A DNA stretch of 64,000 nt from an uncultured Gammaproteobacteria bacterium (lineage in GTDB: Bacteria; Pseudomonadota; Gammaproteobacteria; JABCZS01), in the NCBI GenBank assembly GCA_963848305.1, contig CAWKDC010000001.1:320001-384000 (forward strand), in the 5' to 3' direction. Shown here piece after piece: positions 12,516 to 21,406 of this stretch; the stretch's first letter is position 1, and the number at the start of each line of letters is the position of its first letter. Both the position numbers and the translations under genes were made by a program. The notes under the pieces are model-generated. The model made no database searches and was not told the origin of the DNA. It was given only the letters and a program-made list of their open reading frames with translations.

Positions 12516-14957
12516 TTACTCATGACACACAATCGTTCCAAGATCAGGAATTTCATCATCTGGGTTCACAATGTAATCGATTGAGAACTGGCATTCTTTA
12601 CCATTCACCACAGCTTTAAATGCATTATGTCCTTTCACGAGTTTGTTAAGGTAGACATCTCCATTATCAGCCACCATCATGAGATGACCCGTGTCGGCTG
12701 ACTGTACATCAGTTCCCGCAAGCAATGCAACACCATGCACATCCACCAGACGCGCTATCGCACTGTAATGAGATTCAACTGCAAAATGAACGAGGTAGCC
12801 GCTTTGATAGTAAGGAATAATATAAGTTTCAGCCGATTTAATTTCTGTACCAATCGGTAGATCATTTGGCTCGATGGCAATTTTATTACTTTGATAGGGC
12901 AATAAGTTTGGCATAAAGGCTTTACCCTTGCTATTCGTGGTGGCGACAACCTGGTTGAAGTTATAAACACGAATGTCTTCATAGCCTGCCACTTCGACAA
13001 CACCAAAGCTGCTACCCAATTGACGTGATAGATAAAAGTCGTTGTCAATCACTGCAACGGCACCAGAGATGGATGCTTGGTACCCCATTTCATCAGCTTG
13101 TCTTGCGGCACCAACTGTCGCTGTACCAATATCATTTTGTCCGCTCAGGCTGGCTTGATAATTAGCAGGGTCTCCTGTTCCAGCATATAAATTGTAACCC
13201 CAACCAGGACCGAGTGGGAGAGATTGGTTAACTTGAATGGTGCCTTGGGCATCACTGCCTTGTTGGACATTACCCCCTAAATTGAGGGTCGTGCGCTCTC
13301 CAAATAAACGTGACAATGACAAATATACTGCATTGTTATCTCGAGCTTCACCAGATACCTGCGTCAATGAGGTGAGTGTTAATGCCCATGTATTCCAGAA
13401 CGTTCTATTATAGCTAACCGTCACAAAACCTGTATGACCTACACCACGATTGTTCTGTTGCACATAGTTGGTTACCAATGAACCCCATTCCCATAATGGA
13501 ATCCCCGCAAAGAACTGCCCCTGAAAAGAAGGTGCAACAGTATTTTCACCATACCCGATTTGAGTGAAATTCGAAGAGGTGGTCGTGACGTTCCACCCAA
13601 AGCTGATGCTATCCTGATCCTGACGTTGGAAGCCCAGCTCAAGCAACCCTCCTCCCCCAAACTCACTGTTGCTCACAGCTGTAGAAGCTGACACGGTGGC
13701 CCAATCCGCCAATAAATAGATTGCGCCAGCACCCACTGTTTGCTGATCCAGCAAGCCTTCAAAACGCCACTCTGCAGTGAGAATGTCATTCAACCCTACC
13801 CTGTCGGTAGCCACTGTCATGAACTGACCATAATCATTGCTTTCGTTGCCGAAATTTTCACGAATAAAACCCACATCGATTGAGTAATCGTGCAAACCTG
13901 GTTTCATGAGTGACGTACTGAGGTAGTATGGGATACTGATGGTTTGTTGACGACCCAGCATGTCAGTCACTACTACATTGAGGGTACCAGAACCATTGGC
14001 AACTGGGATTTCATTGATGGCGAATGGGCCAGGTGGTACCGATTCTTTATTCAGTAATGCATTGTTCGTATATAGGTCTACAACCGAAGGAACAACGGCT
14101 TGACCTTCATAGCCGGGCAAGGGATACGTGATAAAAGCGGGCTGTGTACCGAAATTCGTTCCCCATTGAATGCCACCAAAGCCAACTGAACTTCCCCATA
14201 AACCAGTTGCTGTATAGGAATCTCCCAAGTATAAACTGGTCATTGAATGAGGGTAATCAATTTCCCAAGTGGTATTGAGACGAACGACGCTGGACTCTTG
14301 GAATTCACTGTTGTATGTACTTAAGAACTCACTGGTGCCGGTGCCTGCTGCACAAAAAACACCAGGGACGAACAATGCTTTGACCGCGGTGATATCAGTA
14401 TATTGCTGCGCATATACATCATAGTTAAAAAACCCACCCAAATCAGGTTGGGTAGCCGTTGTAAATTCGCGCGTGTCTGCTTGAAAATAGTTTTTCTTGA
14501 ATTTATCTGGTGGCACAGATAAATTAATGGTCAAGTTTTGTGGATCTATATCAGATGCACCTTGAACATACAATGATACTGGATAGTACGCCACTCCCTC
14601 ATGAACCAAGGGTTCCCTTTGAGGGAGTTCAAATCCGTAACCTGCTAAATCACTTTCACGAATAAAAAGATTGCCGGATTTATCTTGAACGAACAATGAT
14701 ATTTGATTGGTATTGTATCCGTTGACACTCACCTCGTAGAAAATTTCCGTATACTCCTGCGAATTTTCTAGTGATGCCTGATTGATTGTCTGCGAGGATG
14801 CGTCAAGACTCGATGATCGTTCAAGCGCTGCTTGCAACAATGTCGAATGAGTAAGTGCCAATACAAAAAAAATGCTTTTGTAAGGGAAACACAACGAGAA
14901 ACGGTACATAAAAAAAGAACCCCTACAGTCCATCCTGAACAGGAAACGATTATTCAC
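12516..14957 (-). CDS. Fimbrial outer-membrane usher (CsuD/FimD-PapC family); true start may be slightly downstream
   Basis: 813 aa; V-x-VNG N-domain, RL-x-T-x-W, LGD, FGGIQW, PS-x-VDLY, PGPF-x-I, VVTD-x-LGR, L-x-x-GL-x-DYS, LLPY-x-x-N motifs; C-terminal Cys pair. Confidence 0.92.
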   Translation of the reverse strand: MNNRFLFRMDCRGSFFMYRFSLCFPYKSIFFVLALTHSTLLQAALERSSSLDASSQTINQASLENSQEYTEIFYEVSVNGYNTNQISLFVQDKSGNLFIRESDLAGYGFELPQREPLVHEGVAYYPVSLYVQGASDIDPQNLTINLSVPPDKFKKNYFQADTREFTTATQPDLGGFFNYDVYAQQYTDITAVKALFVPGVFCAAGTGTSEFLSTYNSEFQESSVVRLNTTWEIDYPHSMTSLYLGDSYTATGLWGSSVGFGGIQWGTNFGTQPAFITYPLPGYEGQAVVPSVVDLYTNNALLNKESVPPGPFAINEIPVANGSGTLNVVVTDMLGRQQTISIPYYLSTSLMKPGLHDYSIDVGFIRENFGNESNDYGQFMTVATDRVGLNDILTAEWRFEGLLDQQTVGAGAIYLLADWATVSASTAVSNSEFGGGGLLELGFQRQDQDSISFGWNVTTTSSNFTQIGYGENTVAPSFQGQFFAGIPLWEWGSLVTNYVQQNNRGVGHTGFVTVSYNRTFWNTWALTLTSLTQVSGEARDNNAVYLSLSRLFGERTTLNLGGNVQQGSDAQGTIQVNQSLPLGPGWGYNLYAGTGDPANYQASLSGQNDIGTATVGAARQADEMGYQASISGAVAVIDNDFYLSRQLGSSFGVVEVAGYEDIRVYNFNQVVATTNSKGKAFMPNLLPYQSNKIAIEPNDLPIGTEIKSAETYIIPYYQSGYLVHFAVESHYSAIARLVDVHGVALLAGTDVQSADTGHLMMVADNGDVYLNKLVKGHNAFKAVVNGKECQFSIDYIVNPDDEIPDLGTIVCHE

Positions 14958-15022
14958 GATAATATCAAAATATGCAACATCTGTTTGTGGTAATCATTCC
15001 AAAATACTGCTAGAGTTTTCGG

Positions 15023-15037
15023 ATGTCGAATCGACAT
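15023..15037 (+). promoter_or_regulatory. Palindrome ATGTCGA-A-TCGACAT before the RBS, repeated at 17133, 19253 and 21376
   Basis: Perfect 7-bp inverted repeat between a TA-x-A-x-T -10-like hexamer and the AAGGAGGA RBS in all four units. Confidence 0.55.
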
Positions 15038-15053
15038 TACTCAAGGAGGATAT

Positions 15054-16993
15054 ATGCAAATTAACTTACGAAGGATCGGAATGCTCGGTTTGACATTCTC
15101 ATGTCTACTCTCTGCGCAAGCTGCTGATGAAGCATCAATGATGTGCGCCTCAGGAATGTTAGCATGCGGAATTTCTTTCCAGACTCCCATACAAGCAACA
15201 CCATCACCTTTAACACCACTTACACCGACACAAGCAATTTATACGATCGTCAATAACGATGAGGTCAATGCTGTGAATATTGCACTGGATCTTACTGAAA
15301 TTGACAGTCTTGATGACACTAATGCTGTTCAATTTGATGAGAGCATGACATGTCCTGAATCCGGTACACTCGGGGCAGGCGCAACATGCACCATCGTGCT
15401 CGATTTTGCGCCTACCGTCGTGGGTGATTTGAACTGGAATCTCACTGTCACACCAACCGGCTATGCCGCTCAACGTCCGCTGACGTTAGCGCTTGAAAGT
15501 ACCATAGGTATTCCCTATGCTTCAGCGGGTGGTTTTTACACAGATACCGATGGGGGTAACTATCCATTCCTGACAATGTCGAGCGATGCCGGTGGCACCT
15601 GGAACTATTTCCTGGATGATACCACAACACCATTACCCAATAATTATGACCCAACCTCGAGCCTTGAGTATGGCATTACGAGCACCAGCTGCTCGGGCTC
15701 CACCTGTGTGGCAGGCGGGCAATATTTTGATGGGGACAACTATTACCTCTTTGCGGCATCCAATGCGGGCGGCAGCTGGTCCTATACGTATGATAGCAGC
15801 AGCGCCGCAATACCTCTCGATTTCCTGAGTAGTTCAGACAACCCTGTATCCGTGGGCTGCTCAGGCAGCACTTGCATGCTGGGAGGACAATATACCCTAA
15901 CCGCCGGCGAGCAATATCCGTTGGGCATCATCAGCACTGATGGAGGCTTGTCCTGGGCCGTAACCATAAGCAGTGCGCTCAACCCACCTCCCGATATCTC
16001 TGAGAGTTGCTTAACTGCCGGCTTGAACGGCATCAGCTGTATAGACGCTACGTCTTGTGTGGTGGCAGGGGTATATACTAATACCAATGATTGGTACTAT
16101 CCACTCCTTGCCTACAGCACCTACAGCGACGATGCTTGGACATGGCAGCTTATCCAGATATCAGTTCGCAGATACCCAGCGATCTTGACGGGAAGTTTTT
16201 ATCCCTTGAAGCACTCAGCTGCTATGAATCTACTTGTATCGCGGGAGGAAATTATGGACCACCTGTTATGTACATGAGCTTTGACGGCGGAGAAGCCTGG
16301 TCTCTGATGATCGACAGCAGCTCCCCATCGACAGTCGTACCATCTGATTGGAATTTCAGGGCTGGTGGTTACATTAACGGCGTAAATTGTAGCGAGAGTG
16401 CCTGTGCTGTCGCTGGTACTTATGTTGACGATAGTTACGATAATTGGCCCTATATGGCAACTGCCGTTATCAGCAATGCATATCCTTGCACCAACGCCAG
16501 TAACTGCAACTGGATCATCACCATTGACTCGAGTAGTATCTTTGCGGACTGGGACAGTTCGGGATTTGGCACTAATCTAAATGAGGTATCCTGTACACAA
16601 ACCACCTGCATAGCCGTTGGAACCTACGTGAGCGAAACGGACGGAAACCAATATCCGCTAGCCATTACTTACACCTTCGCCGGTGAAGATACTGGCATTG
16701 CTTACACGGTTGATCGCAGCACCATTCAAGCTAATATGCCGACAGATTATAATGATAACTCTGGAGGTGAGCTGACAGATATCAATTGTTCAAACTGGCC
16801 CTACTGTACTGCATCAGGATATTATGCAAGCGAGCTGCATGAACCAAATACGTACCCCTTCTTGATCACCAGTCAAGATGCGGGTCATACATGGGCCTAC
16901 ACCATCGATGGCACAACGGACACGCTCCCTGTGAATTTCGTCAGCGGACAGTTCAATGCCAATAACGCTGCGCCACCTACCGTGAAGAAGTAA
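15054..16993 (+). CDS. Secreted Cys-rich Ig-domain + beta-propeller protein, copy 1 (divergent); apparent frameshift near 16146-16151
   Basis: ORFs 15054..16277 and 16091..16993 are together collinear with copies 2-4; signal peptide; S-x-D-x-G-x-x-W Asp-box-like and SC-x4-C-x-x-GG-x-Y repeats. Confidence 0.8.
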
Positions 16994-17017
16994 ACTGTTT
17001 AAAATAGTTGTACCCAG

Positions 17018-17051
17018 AAAAGGGACTTGAATTCATTCAAGTCCCTTTTTT
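17018..17051 (+). terminator. Intrinsic terminator, copy 1
   Basis: AAAAGGGACTTGAA-TTCA-TTCAAGTCCCTTTTTT. Confidence 0.85.
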
Positions 17052-17163
17052 AGTGTAAACCGATCGCATAGATGTCCTTCCCGTGCCACACATTTTTTAA
17101 CAAAAAAATATAAATTCCGCTACACTGGTTGTATGTCGAATCGACATTATTCAAGGAGGATAT

Positions 17164-19113
17164 ATGCAAATTAACTTACGAAGGATCGGAGCGCTCGGTT
17201 TGACATTCTCATGTCTACTCTCTGCGCAAGCTGCTGATGAAGCATCAATGATGTGTGCTGCGGGCATGCTAGGTTGCGGTGTCGCTTTTGAAACACCCAT
17301 TGAACCCACGCCATCTCCTTTAACCACTACCACCACAGGCCAAACGACTTATACTATCATCAACAACGATGATGTTAATGATGTAAACATTGTGCTCAGT
17401 CTCACCGAAGTGGATAACATCGGTGATGCCTTAGCGGTTCAATTTGATGGATCCGGCACATGCCCCCTATCCGGCACCCTTGCTGCAGGCGATACTTGCA
17501 CCATCGTGCTTGATTTTGCGCCCAACTTCCCTGGTGAACTGGATTGGACACTCACCGTCACCCCATCTGGTGAATATACCGCCCAACTTCCACTGGTGCT
17601 AACACTAGAAACAGACGTAACGGGTACGTACGTTCCTTATGCTGTCACAGGTGGATATTACGAAGATAGCGACGAAAACTATTACCCTCTCCTGACATTG
17701 TCCACCGATGGCGGCAACGACTGGAGCTACGTCTTGGACGATACCACAACACCACTGCCATACCAATATGATATTACCAACCCTAATCAGAAAGGTATTT
17801 GGGCAAACAGCTGCTTTGGATCTTACTGTGTAGCGGGGGGTTACTACATCGACACTGATGAAAATAGTTATCCTTTTGTAGCATCCACTGCAGGCGGTGT
17901 CAGCTGGTCTTATACTTTCGACAGCAGCAATCCGGCTTTGCCTTCAGACTATAACGCAGACTTTAATGGCAACTTTTATGACGCTAGCTGCTCAGGCAGC
18001 ACTTGCATGCTGGGTGGGGAATATACGTCAACTGACAGCAACCAATATCCTTTAGCAATCATCAGTAATGATGGTGGCGTAACCTGGGACTTGACGATCA
18101 GCAGTTCGCTCAATGCACCCTCCGATATCAATCTCTCTGAGGCGGATGCAGAGATCACTGGCGCCAGTTGTACAGACTCCACGTCCTGTCTGGTAGCAGG
18201 GACATATCTTAATACCTCTGGTGGTAACTACCCTCTCCTTGCCTACAGCACCTACAGCGACGACACCTGGAACTGGACATACCCAGATATCAGCTCACAG
18301 ATCCCGAGTGATATAAACGACTACCCGGGTCTGCGAATGAGTGACTTAAGCTGCATAGACGATACCTGTATCGTGGGGGGCACATATGGTCCACCTATCG
18401 TGTACATGAGCTTTGACGGTGGGGAAAGCTGGTCCCTGATGATCGACAGCAGCTCCCCATCGACAGTTGTACCATCTGATTGGGATTTTAGTTATGGTGG
18501 TAACGTTAACGGCGTCAGTTGCAGTGACACTGCGTGTGCGGCGGCTGGAAACTATAGCGATTCATCTTTCAATATATATCCCTATCTGGTCACAGCAGTT
18601 ATCAGTGATGACTATCCTTGCACCAATGCCAGCAACTGCAACTGGGCGATTGCCATTGATTCGGCTAACCTCTATGGACTTGACTTGAAAGAGGGCGGTC
18701 TTGCAGGCGGAGGCAGCTTTGATGGTGTATCTTGCTCAGAAACAACCTGTGTGGCCGGCGGTTACTACAGCAGCACGGATGGACATCGCTACCCATTGGT
18801 AGCTACATTCACGCTCTCTGATAGCAGCGTCACTTACACCGTTGATCACACCACCATCAATGCAAATCCACCGACAGACTTTGGTTTTGCGAACCTTTAC
18901 CAAACAAGTTGCACAGGGTCATTCTGTACCGCAGGAGGGAGTTACGCCAGTGAATCTGTTGGTGGTGTTTTTTATCCCTTCTTGATCACGAGTCAAGATG
19001 CAGGTAATACATGGGCCTACACCATCGATGGCACAACGGAGACACTCCCTGTGAATTTCGTCAGCGGACAATTCAATCCCGATGACATTGCGCCACCTAC
19101 CGTGAAGAAGTAA
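17164..19113 (+). CDS. Secreted Cys-rich Ig-domain + ~8-blade beta-propeller protein, copy 2
   Basis: 649-aa ORF with RBS and signal peptide; eight repeats of YP..S-x-DGG-x-x-W..SC-x4-C..GG-x-Y; strongly acidic. Confidence 0.85.
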   Translation: MQINLRRIGALGLTFSCLLSAQAADEASMMCAAGMLGCGVAFETPIEPTPSPLTTTTTGQTTYTIINNDDVNDVNIVLSLTEVDNIGDALAVQFDGSGTCPLSGTLAAGDTCTIVLDFAPNFPGELDWTLTVTPSGEYTAQLPLVLTLETDVTGTYVPYAVTGGYYEDSDENYYPLLTLSTDGGNDWSYVLDDTTTPLPYQYDITNPNQKGIWANSCFGSYCVAGGYYIDTDENSYPFVASTAGGVSWSYTFDSSNPALPSDYNADFNGNFYDASCSGSTCMLGGEYTSTDSNQYPLAIISNDGGVTWDLTISSSLNAPSDINLSEADAEITGASCTDSTSCLVAGTYLNTSGGNYPLLAYSTYSDDTWNWTYPDISSQIPSDINDYPGLRMSDLSCIDDTCIVGGTYGPPIVYMSFDGGESWSLMIDSSSPSTVVPSDWDFSYGGNVNGVSCSDTACAAAGNYSDSSFNIYPYLVTAVISDDYPCTNASNCNWAIAIDSANLYGLDLKEGGLAGGGSFDGVSCSETTCVAGGYYSSTDGHRYPLVATFTLSDSSVTYTVDHTTINANPPTDFGFANLYQTSCTGSFCTAGGSYASESVGGVFYPFLITSQDAGNTWAYTIDGTTETLPVNFVSGQFNPDDIAPPTVKK

Positions 19114-19137
19114 ACTGTTTAAAATAGTTGTACCCAG

Positions 19138-19172
19138 AAAAGGGACTTGAATGAATTCAAGTCCCTTTTTTT
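19138..19172 (+). terminator. Intrinsic terminator, copy 2
   Basis: AAAAGGGACTTGAA-TGAA-TTCAAGTCCC plus T-tract. Confidence 0.85.
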
Positions 19173-19283
19173 AGTGTAAACCGATCGCTTGAATGCCCTT
19201 CCCTTACTGCGCATTTTTAACAAAAAAATATAAATTCCGCTACACTGGTTGTATGTCGAATCGACATTATTCAAGGAGGATAT

Positions 19284-21236
19284 ATGCAAATTAACTTACG
19301 AAGGATCGGAGCGCTCGGTTTGACATTCTCATGTCTACTCTCTGCGCAAGCTGCTGATGAAGCATCAATGATGTGTGCTGCGGGCATGCTAGGTTGCGGT
19401 GTCGCTTTTGAAACACCCATTGAACCCACGCCATCTCCTTTAACCACTACCACCACAGGCCAAACGACTTATACTATCATCAACAACGATGATGTTAATG
19501 ATGTAAACATTGTGCTCAGTCTCACCGAAGTGGATAACATCGGTGATGCCTTAGCGGTTCAATTTGATGGATCCGGCACATGCCCCCTATCCGGCACCCT
19601 TGCTGCAGGCGATACTTGCACCATCGTGCTTGATTTTGCGCCCAACTTCCCTGGTGAACTGGATTGGACACTCACCGTCACCCCATCTGGTGAATATACC
19701 GCCCAACTTCCACTGGTGCTAACACTAGAAACAGACGTAACGGGTACGTACGTTCCTTATGCTGTCACAGGTGGATATTACGAAGATAGCGACGAAAACT
19801 ATTACCCTCTCCTGACATTGTCCACCGATGGCGGCAACGACTGGAGCTACGTCTTGGACGATACCACAACACCACTGCCATACCAATATGATATTACCAA
19901 CCCTAATCAGAAAGGTATTTGGGCAAACAGCTGCTTTGGATCTTACTGTGTAGCGGGGGGTTACTACATCGACACTGATGAAAATAGTTATCCTTTTGTA
20001 GCATCCACTGCAGGCGGTGTCAGCTGGTCTTATACTTTCGACAGCAGCAATCCGGCTTTGCCTTCAGACTATAACGCAGACTTTAATGGCAACTTTTATG
20101 ACGCTAGCTGCTCAGGCAGCACTTGCATGCTGGGTGGGGAATATACGTCAACTGACAGCAACCAATATCCTTTAGCAATCATCAGTAATGATGGTGGCGT
20201 AACCTGGGACTTGACGATCAGCAGTTCGCTCAATGCACCCTCCGATATCAATCTCTCTGAGGCGGATGCAGAGATCACTGGCGCCAGTTGTACAGACTCC
20301 ACGTCCTGTCTGGTAGCAGGGACATATCTTAATACCTCTGGTGGTAACTACCCTCTCCTTGCCTACAGCACCTACAGCGACGACACCTGGAACTGGACAT
20401 ACCCAGATATCAGCTCACAGATCCCGAGTGATATAAACGACTACCCGGGTCTGCGAATGAGTGACTTAAGCTGCATAGACGATACCTGTATCGTGGGGGG
20501 CACATATGGCTCACCTATCGTGTACATGAGCTTTGACGGTGGGGAAAGCTGGTCCCTGATGATCGACAGCAGCTCCCCATCGACAGTTGTACCATCTGAT
20601 TGGGATTTTAGTTATGGTGGTAACGTTAACGGCGTCAGTTGCAGTGACACTGCGTGTGCGGCGGCTGGAAACTATAGCGATTCATCTTTCAATATATATC
20701 CCTATCTGGTCACAGCAGTTATCAGTGATGACTATCCTTGCACCAATGCCAGCAACTGCAACTGGGCGATTGCCATTGATTCGGCTAACCTCTATGGACT
20801 TGACTCGAAAGAGGGCGGTCTTGCAGGCGGAGGCAGCTTTGATGGTGTATCTTGCTCAGAAACAACCTGTGTGGCCAGCGGTTACTACTACAGCAGCACG
20901 GATGGACATCGCTACCCATTGGTAGCTACATTCACGCTCTCTGATAGCAGTGTCGCTTACAGCATTGATTACACCACCATCAATGCAAATCCACCGACAG
21001 ACTTTGGTTTTGCGAACCTTTACCAAACAAGTTGCACAGGGTCATTCTGTACCGCAGGAGGGAGTTACGCCAGTGAATCTGTTGGTGGTGTTTTTTATCC
21101 CTTCTTGATCACGAGTCAAGATGCAGGTAATACATGGGCCTACACCATCGATGGCACAACGGAGACACTCCCTGTGAATTTCGTCAGCGGACAATTCAAT
21201 CCCGATGACATTGCGCCACCTACCGTGAAGAAGTAA
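19284..21236 (+). CDS. Secreted Cys-rich Ig-domain + beta-propeller protein, copy 3
   Basis: 650 aa, near-identical to copies 2 and 4. Confidence 0.85.
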   Translation: MQINLRRIGALGLTFSCLLSAQAADEASMMCAAGMLGCGVAFETPIEPTPSPLTTTTTGQTTYTIINNDDVNDVNIVLSLTEVDNIGDALAVQFDGSGTCPLSGTLAAGDTCTIVLDFAPNFPGELDWTLTVTPSGEYTAQLPLVLTLETDVTGTYVPYAVTGGYYEDSDENYYPLLTLSTDGGNDWSYVLDDTTTPLPYQYDITNPNQKGIWANSCFGSYCVAGGYYIDTDENSYPFVASTAGGVSWSYTFDSSNPALPSDYNADFNGNFYDASCSGSTCMLGGEYTSTDSNQYPLAIISNDGGVTWDLTISSSLNAPSDINLSEADAEITGASCTDSTSCLVAGTYLNTSGGNYPLLAYSTYSDDTWNWTYPDISSQIPSDINDYPGLRMSDLSCIDDTCIVGGTYGSPIVYMSFDGGESWSLMIDSSSPSTVVPSDWDFSYGGNVNGVSCSDTACAAAGNYSDSSFNIYPYLVTAVISDDYPCTNASNCNWAIAIDSANLYGLDSKEGGLAGGGSFDGVSCSETTCVASGYYYSSTDGHRYPLVATFTLSDSSVAYSIDYTTINANPPTDFGFANLYQTSCTGSFCTAGGSYASESVGGVFYPFLITSQDAGNTWAYTIDGTTETLPVNFVSGQFNPDDIAPPTVKK

Positions 21237-21260
21237 ACTGTTTAAAATAGTTGTACCCAG

Positions 21261-21295
21261 AAAAGGGACTTGAATGAATTCAAGTCCCTTTTTTT
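21261..21295 (+). terminator. Intrinsic terminator, copy 3
   Basis: Same hairpin as copy 2. Confidence 0.85.
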
Positions 21296-21406
21296 AGTGT
21301 AAACCGATCGCTTGAATGCCCTTCCCTTACTGCGCATTTTTAACAAAAAAATATAAATTCCGCTACACTGGTTGTATGTCGAATCGACATTATTCAAGGA
21401 GGATAT

